Positions 41,269 through 51,189 are shown, counted from the first letter of the stretch. The stretch: 64,000 nt of DNA from Ruminiclostridium sp. (GCA_045532185.1 JAZSFL010000011.1:15178-79177); one strand, 5' to 3'. Notes: generated by a model not told the origin, from the letters alone. Translations and numbers: made by a program.

Positions 41269-42020
41269 TATTTCTCCCTCCTTTTGAAAATGAATAAGAG
41301 CAAGGCAAACTGAATCAGAATTACACCTATAAGCATAAGGGGAGTAAAGGGTGCAACATTTGTAATAAAGTCATTCAGATAAGCTTCCATTATTACGTCA
41401 CGCTGGGGGTGATTCGGAGGCAGCTTGTTTAATTCACCCATTGTTGGAGTCATAAAACCGACCACACAGGCAGCCGTGATGCCTGACATGAAAAGACCGC
41501 CCTTATCAACGGATTTGAAATAATACATAGCCGCACCGAAAACTACGCTCATAAACTCCATAAAGGTAACAAACAGAAGTGACAGTCCGATATCATTGCC
41601 TGTAACCGTAGTGCCTGCTGCGTAAGCAATGATATATGTAAGGGGAATTGAGATTATTAAAGCTACAGCCAGACCGATAATATTCATAACAGTTTTGGCA
41701 AGAGCAAGCCTTGCAGCGCTTACCTGCGTTGAACGGCGGAAATAATCCCATATGGGCTTAGTAATATCCTTTGAAGCTGTGTCTGATGGAAGCATAGCAA
41801 ACATGCCTGCTGCCATTATAGGCATGAGCTTGATTATAGTCATGCTGCCGCTTATGGCGTCTTCAGGTATAATAAGTTTAAGATTTCCGAATCTGAAGCT
41901 GAGCAGTATGAGAACAGGAAACAGGATAAAAATCAGTGAGCCTATGCCGTATGCAAGGATCAACTTTTTCATAAGCACTAATTCACGGTATAAAAGGGCG
42001 GCAAATGATGGCTTTTTCAT
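41268..42020 (-). CDS. ABC-2 type transporter permease
   Basis: About 6 TMs; TAATG overlap with the ATPase gene. Confidence 0.75.
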   Translation of the reverse strand: MKKPSFAALLYRELVLMKKLILAYGIGSLIFILFPVLILLSFRFGNLKLIIPEDAISGSMTIIKLMPIMAAGMFAMLPSDTASKDITKPIWDYFRRSTQVSAARLALAKTVMNIIGLAVALIISIPLTYIIAYAAGTTVTGNDIGLSLLFVTFMEFMSVVFGAAMYYFKSVDKGGLFMSGITAACVVGFMTPTMGELNKLPPNHPQRDVIMEAYLNDFITNVAPFTPLMLIGVILIQFALLLFIFKRREK

Positions 42021-42898
42021 TATGACCACTCCTTTTTCTCTCTGTTTACATAGAACAGCATGATTTCTTCAAGGTTTGTCTTTTCGATAAGTGCGCCTGA
42101 ATACTTGCGCTTTGCTTCGTTTCTGTCGGTAACCATAGCTTCTACGCCGAAATCGGTGACTCTTGCGCTGACATAATCCTCGGGAGCGATTTCCCTGAAA
42201 TCCTCCTTGCTGCATTTTAAAATGCCGTGGCTTTCTAAGATTTCGTCCTTGTAGCCTGTCAGGAGAAGCTTCCCCTTATCTATAAAGGTAACACAGTCGG
42301 CGATTTTATCAAGGTCGCTGGTGATATGTGAGGACATAAGGATAGAGTTTTCCTCATCCTGTAAGTATTCACGGAAAATGTCCAGAATTTCGTTTCTTAC
42401 AACGGGGTCGAGACCTGTTGTGGCTTCGTCCATAATGAGAAGCCTTGCCCCGTGGGAAAGTGCGGCGGAAATCTGAAGCTTCATCTTCATACCCTTTGAA
42501 AACTTGGCAATCTTCTTCTTTCTGGGCAGATTGAAGCAGTCAAGATATTCATAGTATTTCTGTTCGTTCCATCCGCTGTAAAGCCCTCTGAACATCTTTC
42601 CTACCTGAATGGCGTTAAAGCTTTCGTGGAAGGGGATTTCATCAAACACAGCGGCAATATGCTCTTTGATTTCGTACTCGTTCTGAATGTGGTCAAGTCC
42701 AAGCAGCTTTATAGAGCCTGCGTCGCATTTGGTGATGTTGAGCAAGGCTCTTATGGTAGTGGTTTTTCCTGCGCCGTTCTGTCCGATAAAGCCCATGATT
42801 GAGCCTTTGGGCACGTTGAAGCTTATATTATCGAGGGTAAAGCCGTCGTATTTTTTGGTAAGACCGCTTATTTCGATAGCATTTGTGTAATCGTTCAT
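42020..42898 (-). CDS. ABC transporter ATP-binding protein
   Basis: GQNGAGKTT, FSKGMK, LIMDEATTGLD, SSHI. Confidence 0.93.
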   Translation of the reverse strand: MNDYTNAIEISGLTKKYDGFTLDNISFNVPKGSIMGFIGQNGAGKTTTIRALLNITKCDAGSIKLLGLDHIQNEYEIKEHIAAVFDEIPFHESFNAIQVGKMFRGLYSGWNEQKYYEYLDCFNLPRKKKIAKFSKGMKMKLQISAALSHGARLLIMDEATTGLDPVVRNEILDIFREYLQDEENSILMSSHITSDLDKIADCVTFIDKGKLLLTGYKDEILESHGILKCSKEDFREIAPEDYVSARVTDFGVEAMVTDRNEAKRKYSGALIEKTNLEEIMLFYVNREKKEWS

Positions 42899-43275
42899 TA
42901 AATTTCGCCTCCGTAAAGCATATCAATGATTTCCTTAAGGTCATCGGCGGAAAGATTGCAGACTTTCGCCTTTTCGCAGGCTTTTTTCAGCAGTTCTTCC
43001 GTCTGTCGCACGCTTTCCTCCCTGAGGAAATCCGTATTCTGACCCTTTACAAAGCAGCCCTTACCCGGTACGGAATAGGTATAACCGTCCCTTTCCAGCT
43101 CCTCATAAGCACGTTTTGTTGTAATAACGCTTATCTGAAGCTGTGCTGCAAGAACACGCATAGACGGCAGGGCGTCCCCCGCTGTAAGCGTGCCGTTCAT
43201 GATCTGAGCCTTTATTTGGGAGATAATCTGCTGATAGATAGGCTCGTCCGATGAATTGCTTAAAATAATATCCAT
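42898..43275 (-). CDS. GntR family, YtrA subfamily regulator
   Basis: PIYQQI..LPSMRVLA..SVITTKRAYEELE..PGKGCFV; short C-domain; heads an ABC operon. Confidence 0.9.
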   Translation of the reverse strand: MDIILSNSSDEPIYQQIISQIKAQIMNGTLTAGDALPSMRVLAAQLQISVITTKRAYEELERDGYTYSVPGKGCFVKGQNTDFLREESVRQTEELLKKACEKAKVCNLSADDLKEIIDMLYGGEI

Positions 43276-43293
43276 TAGTGCACCTCTGTTAAA

Positions 43294-43318
43294 ACTGTGT
43301 ATATACGTTATACACAGT
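43294..43318. promoter_or_regulatory. YtrA-type operator palindrome
   Basis: ACTGTGTATA-N5-TATACACAGT just upstream of the GntR gene. Confidence 0.7.
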
Positions 43319-43379
43319 ATAGCATGCGCATACACAGTTGTCAATAGTTTTTTGAAAAATTTATAAATTAAAATAAAAT

Positions 43380-43417
43380 ACCCCCGCAGTGAACGTTTTA
43401 CCGTCCTTGCGGGGGTT
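43380..43417 (-). terminator. Intrinsic terminator at the left boundary of the element
   Basis: ACCCCCGCA..TGCGGGGGT stem with an A/T tract on the left. Confidence 0.65.
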
Positions 43418-43435
43418 ATGATGTTTATTGGTTAT

Positions 43436-45253
43436 TTACTCTCTTACGAGTATCCGATTAGCGGAGTGCAGCCTGTGCAGCTTGCGAAATATTCGGGATT
43501 TTTTATGTAAAGAGGGCTTTTCGCCCTCTTCTGAAAACTCGTCAACCTTGACGATTGCTTTATTTTTTCTTCCGTTCACTTCAGCGTTGAAAGGTGTAAC
43601 CTTATCAGCTCCCGTGCGGATGTTCCAGACAAATCTGTTATTGCTTTCTGGAATGACACTTTCCACAAGTCCGCCGATATAATCCTGGGTAAGCTCCTTG
43701 TCCGTGCCGTCGCAGAGTCCTTGTAACGCCTTTTCGATACGCTGTAAGTTTTCGGAGAAATCTGTTGTAAGCTCCTGCTGTTCGGTGAGGTTCTTTTCCT
43801 GCTCGGAAAGTCTTGCGAACTCAGCGTCCATTTCCTTTTTGAGCTGTGCGTATTCATCAGCGTTGATTTCATTTTCAGCACGCATATTGAGAATGTTTTT
43901 CTTCTTGCCTTCAAGCTTTTCACGCTGAGCCTGAATATACTGCAGGGTAACAAAGCCCTTTTCCTTGACGCTCTCGGTGTAATGCTTTCTGATAAGCTCC
44001 ATAACCTGTCCCGCCATAGCCTGACGGTCAACCCAGATGTTGTCGAAAATGGTCTTTGCCATAAGGTCCATCTTCCATTCGCAAATCATCTTCATATCGC
44101 AGAAGCCGTCGGTGTCAAGTCCCAGTTCTTCACGCTTCTTTGCATCGCCGTGTCTGATTCTGTTGTAACAGCTGTAGCCGTAGGTAACATCCTTGTGCTT
44201 GTTCTGGTGCCACTTGTCCTTTCTGAAGGATGAACCGCACTTGCATTTCATCTTCGACTGCCAGAAATCATTTGCACCACGCTTTGAAAATGCCTTGACC
44301 TCTCCGTTTACAACAACGCTCGGCTTTGACTTTGCTTTTCTGATACGATTGCATTCGTGCCATAAGGTTTCTGAGATAATCGGCGGAAAATCTCCCTTGA
44401 CAAGCTCATAAGTAGTTTCGTCAAGATTGTTGATTCGCTTCTGTTCAAGGTAGTTGTTGCTGCGTGATTTGTTGTAGCAGATGTAGCCCATATAAGTAGC
44501 GTTCTTGATGATGCGCAGCACGCTTGAACATTCCCATTTTACCTTGCCCGACGCATTCTTTCGTTTTGCTTCGGCAAGCATTTTGCAGATTTTAGAGCCG
44601 CCCATACCTTTGGCATAAAGCTCGAAAATCATCTTTACAGTTTCAGCCTGTTCGGGATTTATTGTGTAAGTTTCGCCTGGCTTTCTGTCATAACCGAGGA
44701 TATTTCCGCTGCCGTAGAGAGTTTTGTTCTCACGGCTTATTTTCTGTCCTGCCTTAACACGTTCCGATACTTTTCGGCTTTCTTCCTGAGCAAGTGTCGC
44801 CATGAGGGAGAGACGAAGTTCTCCGTCGCCGTCCATAGTCCAGATGTTGTCCTCAACGAAATAAACCTCAACGCCGATGTTCTTCAGCTCACGGGTAAAG
44901 TTGAGAGTATCAACAGTATTACGAGCGAAACGACAGACCTCACGGGTTACAATCAAATCGAACTTTCCAGACTTAGCGTCCTCAATCATTCTGAGGAAAG
45001 AGGGACGCTTCTTCGCCTGAGTTCCTGTTATACCTTCGTCAATATACTTGTCGATAACATTCCAGTTGGGGTGATATTTCGCCTGGTCGGAATACCACTG
45101 CATCTGATTTTCGAGAGCCGAGAGCTGTGCTTCGTGTTCTGTGGAAACTCGTCCATAGAAAACGACAGTGCGCTGACGGTTGCGGTCAAGCTTTGTGTAG
45201 TCCATAAAGCTGTTGAATGTTGGTTTTACTCCTGACATTGTTGTGTTAGTCAT
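43436..45253 (-). CDS. Large serine recombinase (integrase)
   Basis: YGRVST (catalytic Ser), YIDEGITGT..RPSF, REVCRFARN, AQEESRKVSERV, zinc-ribbon CKCG..YSC..C, coiled coil. Confidence 0.93.
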   Translation of the reverse strand: MTNTTMSGVKPTFNSFMDYTKLDRNRQRTVVFYGRVSTEHEAQLSALENQMQWYSDQAKYHPNWNVIDKYIDEGITGTQAKKRPSFLRMIEDAKSGKFDLIVTREVCRFARNTVDTLNFTRELKNIGVEVYFVEDNIWTMDGDGELRLSLMATLAQEESRKVSERVKAGQKISRENKTLYGSGNILGYDRKPGETYTINPEQAETVKMIFELYAKGMGGSKICKMLAEAKRKNASGKVKWECSSVLRIIKNATYMGYICYNKSRSNNYLEQKRINNLDETTYELVKGDFPPIISETLWHECNRIRKAKSKPSVVVNGEVKAFSKRGANDFWQSKMKCKCGSSFRKDKWHQNKHKDVTYGYSCYNRIRHGDAKKREELGLDTDGFCDMKMICEWKMDLMAKTIFDNIWVDRQAMAGQVMELIRKHYTESVKEKGFVTLQYIQAQREKLEGKKKNILNMRAENEINADEYAQLKKEMDAEFARLSEQEKNLTEQQELTTDFSENLQRIEKALQGLCDGTDKELTQDYIGGLVESVIPESNNRFVWNIRTGADKVTPFNAEVNGRKNKAIVKVDEFSEEGEKPSLHKKSRIFRKLHRLHSANRILVRE

Positions 45254-45534
45254 AAATTTCAAATCCTTTCGTGTTGTGATTTTTCGCAGAAGCGTGAACT
45301 TCTGCTATGTAAACGGAAGTTGTTTGTTGCAAGTCAATTTAGCGCTTTAAAGCGATTATACAGATTTGTTATGCGTTTGTCAAGTACCTGGGAGAAATTT
45401 TTGGGTGATTTTTAAATGTACTGTGATTTATTTGCCCTGCAATCAGGGTATGTATTGTTATTTCGGGGTGAATGTGGTATAATGTAGGAAATCGGACAGA
45501 CCGATAAATAAGAATTTGGAGGTGCGTTAATTCT

Positions 45535-45990
45535 ATGGGATATATTATGGATTTGAGAAAGCACATAGGTCACAGTCCTTTGATTGGTGTGGGTGCCACG
45601 ACATTGGTTTTCAACAACAAAAATGAGTTGTTGCTAAACTTGAGAACGGATACAAATACTTGGGGCATCCCAGTTGGCGCAATGGAACTTTATGAAACCA
45701 TAGAAGAAACCGCCGTAAGAGAACTGAAAGAAGAAACTGGAATTACGGCAGAAACATTAGAATTGGTCACTGTGTTATCTGGAAAAGACTTTTATTTTGA
45801 ATATCCAAACGGCGATAAAATGTGTACGGTTATTGTTCTGTTCAAAGTGATGAATTATAGCGGCACATTGAAAGGATTCGATGATGAAAGCAAATCATTA
45901 CAGTTCTTCCCGTTAACCAATCTGCCTGCAATGGAAAAAAGAGCAGAAATGATTGTCCAGAGAATACTAAATAAAACAATTACAGTGTAA
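45535..45990 (+). CDS. Nudix hydrolase
   Basis: Nudix box GAMELYETIEETAVRELKEETGI; own promoter TTGTTA-N17-TATAAT at 45455-45483. Confidence 0.88.
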   Translation: MGYIMDLRKHIGHSPLIGVGATTLVFNNKNELLLNLRTDTNTWGIPVGAMELYETIEETAVRELKEETGITAETLELVTVLSGKDFYFEYPNGDKMCTVIVLFKVMNYSGTLKGFDDESKSLQFFPLTNLPAMEKRAEMIVQRILNKTITV

Positions 45991-46090
45991 TCTTCAAATA
46001 TCGAGCAGTTCGCCAAATTCCAATTTGTCGAACAGTTCAATATGTACCGCCGTATTCGGAAAAATCCGAGTATGGCTTTTTTTTACATCA

Positions 46091-47437
46091 TCACTCCAAT
46101 TCACCCGACCGCTTGCGCTGAACATCACGCTGGCGGTCTTTTTCTTTATCCTTCCCAAGAATCATATCCACATTTTTCATCACCATATCAAGCTCCTTGA
46201 TTTCAGATTTTGCACTGTTATATGAATTATACAGCCTGTCCTTCTCGGCATAAAGTTTCTTCTGTTCAGCACGAAGCTCTTTAATCAAAGGAGTCTTTTC
46301 ACCGCCAAATCTTTTCTTCAGATACTTCTCGGCAGCAGTAAAAATAATCAGTTCGCTTTCGTGCTCACGCCTGAACTTTTCCTTGAAAACAACCGATTCA
46401 AGCTTGTCAGCAATAGGCTTGTGCTTGCGATAATTGTCGATGTTTTTAATGTCCTCGGCAATAACTTTGAGTCGTTGCTCGATTTCTTTTATACGACTTC
46501 GGTCAGCGTTATATTTTTCTTTCAAAGCCGTGTGCTTTTCCGATAACGCCGAATAGCTCAGCATATTTTTCTCGGTCAGATAGTTTACCGTATTCGCCAT
46601 AGTTTTAAGATTCTGCACAGTTGCCCACTGCCTGAATGCTTCGGGATTTCTCTGTTTATCCTTGAAGCAGTTTTCAATGTCGATGATAAGTGAAACAGTC
46701 AGATTTGTTCTTGCTCCCGAAATTCTTTCACGGAGCCTTTCCTCGGTGTAATCCATTCCGAGAGTTTTTGAACGGATGAAACGCTCCTGACCCTCAGCTC
46801 TGAATGAAATAAATTTTCCTTGTTTTATCTCATAATTCAGCTTCTGCATATACAAAAGAAACTCGTCCCAGGACTGCGTTTTCAGAATAGCCTTATCAAT
46901 ATTCTGACGAAGGAGCGACTTCCAGCTCTTGCCCTTTTTGTCGAGGCTATGCTCATACTGGCTTCTGCCTTTTTCCTTCGGCTCGGTTATGACAGACAAG
47001 CCGTTCTCACGACAAAGCTCGTCGCTGAAATTTCTGATGTCATACATCGTATGCCTTTTTGAAAGAAACTTGTCGCCGTTTTCAAAGCTTACAGAGTTTG
47101 CAATGATGTGGTTGTGAACGTGCCCTCGGTCGATGTGCGTAGCGCAGACAAACTGAAACCTTCCGTCAAAGATTTTCTCCGCAAGCTCCATTCCGATTTT
47201 ATGAGCAGTTTCGTAATTTACCTCGCCCGGAGAAAAAGACTGAATGATATGAAAGCCGAGAATGCCTTTCTCCTTCAGAAAATTTTTCTTCGTCAGCTCG
47301 AACTGCAAAGCCGCCGTTTCGGGAGAACAGCCGAAGCCGTCCACAAGCAGACGGTCATCGGTTTTCTTCGAATTCATAATGTAGTCAAGCGCCTTGTTCA
47401 GAGTAGTGCGGATAGCGTGGATTTCAGTAACTGCCAT
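46091..47437 (-). CDS. MOBP-type relaxase/mobilization nuclease
   Basis: ALDYIMN, FHIIQSFSPGE, ATHIDRGHVHNHII (HUH motif). Confidence 0.92.
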   Translation of the reverse strand: MAVTEIHAIRTTLNKALDYIMNSKKTDDRLLVDGFGCSPETAALQFELTKKNFLKEKGILGFHIIQSFSPGEVNYETAHKIGMELAEKIFDGRFQFVCATHIDRGHVHNHIIANSVSFENGDKFLSKRHTMYDIRNFSDELCRENGLSVITEPKEKGRSQYEHSLDKKGKSWKSLLRQNIDKAILKTQSWDEFLLYMQKLNYEIKQGKFISFRAEGQERFIRSKTLGMDYTEERLRERISGARTNLTVSLIIDIENCFKDKQRNPEAFRQWATVQNLKTMANTVNYLTEKNMLSYSALSEKHTALKEKYNADRSRIKEIEQRLKVIAEDIKNIDNYRKHKPIADKLESVVFKEKFRREHESELIIFTAAEKYLKKRFGGEKTPLIKELRAEQKKLYAEKDRLYNSYNSAKSEIKELDMVMKNVDMILGKDKEKDRQRDVQRKRSGELE

Positions 47438-47727
47438 ATCTTTTCAAGCTCCTGTTTTATTGCGATTACATCATCAGCGTAAATATCATTTGTGGAATTG
47501 ATACGTTTTGCAATCTGGTTGATGTTTTTTGAAACGCCGCTGACCTGTCGGCACAGCTCGTCAAGCCCTGAGGTTTCAACCTTTATAAGCCTTCCGTCAA
47601 TGGCAATCTTACGAAGATAAGCCGACATATTCTTGATACCGAACAGCTTCATTTTCTTTCGGATAAGTTCTTTTTCATATTCCGAAACAAAGAATTTTAT
47701 CTGCACAGGGCGAAGTCTTTTTGCCAT
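47398..47727 (-). CDS. mobC: Relaxosome protein MobC (ribbon-helix-helix)
   Basis: NMSAYLRKIAIDG, NINQIAKRIN; overlaps the relaxase start. Confidence 0.88.
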   Translation of the reverse strand: MAKRLRPVQIKFFVSEYEKELIRKKMKLFGIKNMSAYLRKIAIDGRLIKVETSGLDELCRQVSGVSKNINQIAKRINSTNDIYADDVIAIKQELEKIWQLLKSTLSALL

Positions 47728-47774
47728 AAAATTTTCCTTTCTCTTAAAATTTTCCGAAGCAGTATTGCTGATTG

Positions 47775-47870
47775 CCGAGGGGTTCGGGGAGTATCACCGA
47801 CAAGCGATTTTAACGGAATGTGTCCACAAAATCATTGCTTGCTATGACACTCCCACGCCCGCAGGCTGAT
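47775..47870. other. Putative oriT
   Basis: Non-coding region upstream of mobC with GAGGGGTTCGGGGAG..CCGACAAGCGATT..ATTGCTTGC inverted segments; position typical for MOBP IMEs. Confidence 0.45.
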
Positions 47871-48361
47871 TAGCTTTTTCGAGAATTCTTCACAGCTCTT
47901 ATAAACTTTTTCGGAACAAAATCTCCGTACCAGAGCTTTGTAAAGTCCTCCATATCTTCGGGAGCGATTACCTTTTCGGGATAGATTGCTTTGAGGAATT
48001 CAAGCTTTGCCTTTTCAAAATCCGAAAGATTTTCGTCTTCCTTATGAATTCTGATAACTGCATTTTCATCCACATCAGCGTTTGCCAAAATGAGTCCGAA
48101 TTCAATTTCCTTTCTGATAGCCGCAAGCTCTTCGGGAGTTCTCTTAATGGGAGACATATTGACAATCATATCCATGATGATATCAATATCCTCAGGCGTC
48201 ATTTCCTTTCCGACTGGGAAAAAATTGTTGATAGTTTCCATTAAAGGGTCGTTCTTATTCTCGTTTTTATTCTGGTAAATCTTCTGGTTTTTCTTCATAA
48301 AAGCCTCCATAAATTCAGTTGTCTTCTTGTCGTTTGCTTCATGCTTGATAATCATTTTCAT
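47870..48361 (-). CDS. Hypothetical protein of the IME backbone
   Basis: 163-aa ORF with AAAGGA RBS, co-oriented; internal repeat F(F/Y)PxxKxxxPED. Confidence 0.6.
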   Translation of the reverse strand: MKMIIKHEANDKKTTEFMEAFMKKNQKIYQNKNENKNDPLMETINNFFPVGKEMTPEDIDIIMDMIVNMSPIKRTPEELAAIRKEIEFGLILANADVDENAVIRIHKEDENLSDFEKAKLEFLKAIYPEKVIAPEDMEDFTKLWYGDFVPKKFIRAVKNSRKS

Positions 48362-48465
48362 TTTTCCTTTCGTTTTAAATTTTACATTGGTGTACCACGT
48401 ACCAGACGGTGCAGATGTACCGGCTGTTACACTTGTTACGTCCGGTACACTTGGTACGTGGTACG

Positions 48466-49908
48466 TTAACCTTTTTCATTGACTTCAAAAACGGAGACCG
48501 TCTTTCCGTTTTCGTTTTCGATTCTGATTTTCCTGAGATAGCCGTGCTCGGTAAGGATAGCAACGGGCTGTGAAAGCTCGTCCATCGTCCTGAACTTTCG
48601 GCAAAGATGAAGCAAATCCCTGCCGCTGATCTGCCTGATATTATTGGCTCTCAGCTTTTTGAGAACATACTCCGCCGTTGCCGTTCTGCCGTCGCCGTCC
48701 ATAAGGCTGTAAGCGTAGCGGGACTGCTGCTTGTAAAAGTCTGCAATGTCGATTGCCTGTCCCAGAGTTTTCATATCAACCTCACGGCTTTCGGGAGAAA
48801 CGTTCTCACTCAGACACTTGATACAGTGAATTATTCCGCAGAGCCTCAGTATAAGTCCGTGATACTTTCCGCCCCAGTCAGGGCACTCGGCAAAATCCGT
48901 CAGCAGAACAGACTCGATAGCGTTGTCGTAATAATCCGCATAAGCTTTCTGTGCTTCCCCGGAAAATTTCAGGGGAGTTTCCTCGCCCTTGTGATTGAAT
49001 TTCGTTTCAAGAGCGTGGTAGACAAAATTGTTGTATACCTCGGTGATGCGACTGTCGATTGCTTTTGTTGCATAGCTTCTCCTGCCCACAAAGGATTTCG
49101 GATAGCAGTAGAGAAAGCGTGCCACGAGTCCGCTTGAAAGAAAAGCCTTGTTGTCCATAAGCTCATCAAGGATATAGGGCTGACCGCAGAGGCAAACTGA
49201 CAGATACGGTTTTTTCAGAATTACCGTGTCGCTGTTGCATCGGTCTTTCATAAAGCTTTCGCCGCCCCAGCACTTGAGGAACAAGTCAACATTCGGAACG
49301 CCGTTTGAATATCGTCCGCCGAAGTTCTTGAAGGCTCCTGCTTCATCGGAAAGCATAAGCAGGGTTTCGTTCTCTTTCAGAAGCTTTACAAGTGCTTCTG
49401 GTGTAACATCATCAACGCACACCCGCCTGAAGCTCATACTTTCCATATTGTCAAGCTCGGTGCGTTTTGCGGCAATTTCCTCGGCTGTGCTTTCATTCTT
49501 GTTCTGCATTTCAGAAATTTCCGCTTCAAGCTTTTTGTAGGCTTCCTGAGAAGTGTAAATCTCGTCCTTGTGCCGTTTGTTGTAATCCTCGGCAAAGGAC
49601 AGAAACGGAGATTTTACAAATCTCATTACAGGCGATTTCCTTTCCGCAGGGTTTGCAAGGATAAGGGAATAGAGTGTCAGCGGCTCGCTGTGGTCTGCCT
49701 TGCCGAACATTCTGTAAACACCTGAGAAGCAGAATGACAATGCGCTGAGCAGTGCTGTTGCCGACATTGAAATATCGGTTGATGTCGTTTCTGCAACTCC
49801 GACCGCCATAGCCTGTGGAACAAGCGGCAGACAGGTCAGCGGAAAATCAGGCAGGGCAGATTTGTCCGTCCTGAGCGGAACGGGACTAATCCAGTTTGAG
49901 TTCTCCAG
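48466..49908 (-). CDS. DUF3987 (YfjI-like) P-loop protein, putative replication protein; probable CTG start
   Basis: ILANPAERKS, DDVTPEAL, LSDEA, GLVARFL motifs. Frame stays open 33 codons upstream of ATG 49809 to a CTG preceded by GAAAGGAGAG. Confidence 0.75.
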   Translation of the reverse strand: MENSNWISPVPLRTDKSALPDFPLTCLPLVPQAMAVGVAETTSTDISMSATALLSALSFCFSGVYRMFGKADHSEPLTLYSLILANPAERKSPVMRFVKSPFLSFAEDYNKRHKDEIYTSQEAYKKLEAEISEMQNKNESTAEEIAAKRTELDNMESMSFRRVCVDDVTPEALVKLLKENETLLMLSDEAGAFKNFGGRYSNGVPNVDLFLKCWGGESFMKDRCNSDTVILKKPYLSVCLCGQPYILDELMDNKAFLSSGLVARFLYCYPKSFVGRRSYATKAIDSRITEVYNNFVYHALETKFNHKGEETPLKFSGEAQKAYADYYDNAIESVLLTDFAECPDWGGKYHGLILRLCGIIHCIKCLSENVSPESREVDMKTLGQAIDIADFYKQQSRYAYSLMDGDGRTATAEYVLKKLRANNIRQISGRDLLHLCRKFRTMDELSQPVAILTEHGYLRKIRIENENGKTVSVFEVNEKG

Positions 49909-49960
49909 ATAATCCTCTCCTTTCGTGTTTTAGTCTGAACATTGGGTTCCTCCTTTCTTT

Positions 49961-50563
49961 TTATGCGCTTATGAGTGTGCTTTCAGGGTCACAGCTTTCA
50001 GCAGAATAACTTGCTAAGGTTTTCATGTAGAAGTTAACCCTTTCACCCATTGCCATTTCTGAGGCGTTTTTATAACCTGTTTTTGAAATTTTCTCAAAAT
50101 ATTTTTTTATTTTCACTTTTGCAGAGTCAATGCTCTTGTGAATCATGACCTGTGAACAGCATTCGATACGGGCGATTTCCTCCTGTTTCATTCCCTTGAT
50201 TACATATAAGTAAAGTCTTCTGCGCTGTTTCTCGGAAAGGATTGAAAACAATTCCTCAACTCCCTCGCTTAAAGCGATTTCTTCCTCGGTCTTAATCATA
50301 ACTTTGAGACAATCCTCGGAATAGCCTAAGTCCATTTCTTCAAGGCAATCATAGCTGACGTCTTTTCTTGATGTTCTGCGGGTCTGCTTTTCCTGAGTGT
50401 GATAATCATTGTCGGAAAAAGTTTTCCAGGTATTGAAAGCAAGCTCGTCTCCGCCGAAATCTTCAACAGTGATTTCTCTCACTGTTCCGTTTGCGAAGCG
50501 ATAAACAATAGCCTCGTTGTTTGCGTTGTTGATAGCGTAATCTGTGTACTGATATTCTCTCAT
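49961..50563 (-). CDS. Sigma-70 region 4-like HTH protein typical of Firmicutes IMEs/ICEs
   Basis: LSEKQRRRLYLY..GMKQEEIARIECCSQ..IHKSI; AGGAGG RBS. Confidence 0.8.
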   Translation of the reverse strand: MREYQYTDYAINNANNEAIVYRFANGTVREITVEDFGGDELAFNTWKTFSDNDYHTQEKQTRRTSRKDVSYDCLEEMDLGYSEDCLKVMIKTEEEIALSEGVEELFSILSEKQRRRLYLYVIKGMKQEEIARIECCSQVMIHKSIDSAKVKIKKYFEKISKTGYKNASEMAMGERVNFYMKTLASYSAESCDPESTLISA

Positions 50564-50766
50564 TTGAGTATCCTCCTGAAAAATAAATTTTTATTTTTGC
50601 AACAAAAAAGGACCTGTGAATTTCACAAGTCCTTGATTGCTGCTATGTAATTGTTTTTGGGTATAAAAAATGCTCCGTAATTTTTTATTACGGAGCGGTC
50701 GTTGTCCTGAAAATGATACAGCGACTTTGATATAATGGAAGTATAAAGCTGAAAGGAGCTGATTTT

Positions 50767-51138
50767 ATGAATAATATCAATAGTATCAAACTCAAACGGG
50801 GCGATGTTTACATTGTGGATTTCAGAGGTCTGGATTGCGGTCTGTATGGTTATGTGCCTGCAATTATCGTGCAGAGCAACAGGGTTAACCCGAATTCATC
50901 GACAACTATCGTTGTACCCGTGTTCACTCTTGCCGAGGAAAGTCCGTATTGCGTACCACTGAAGGGAGAGAAGCTTCGCAAACATTCCAAAGCCCTGTGC
51001 GAGAAGATTGTTTGTATCGACAAAAGCAGACTGAAGAATTTGCTTTGTCGCCTTGATGAAGAGGAGATGAGAAAGGTGACGAAAACACTTAAAAGGACGC
51101 TTACTATCAGACATTCTCCGCTTCATACATCACAATAA
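50767..51138 (+). CDS. PemK/MazF family protein (orphan, atypical active site)
   Basis: KRGDVYIVD, PAIIVQSN, TIVVP, SKALCEKIVCIDKSRL..L..EEM. Confidence 0.8.
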   Translation: MNNINSIKLKRGDVYIVDFRGLDCGLYGYVPAIIVQSNRVNPNSSTTIVVPVFTLAEESPYCVPLKGEKLRKHSKALCEKIVCIDKSRLKNLLCRLDEEEMRKVTKTLKRTLTIRHSPLHTSQ

Positions 51139-51189
51139 TTGCTTTTTGTTACTTTTACAAAAAAACCTGCTGTTTAAGGCAGGTTTTTC

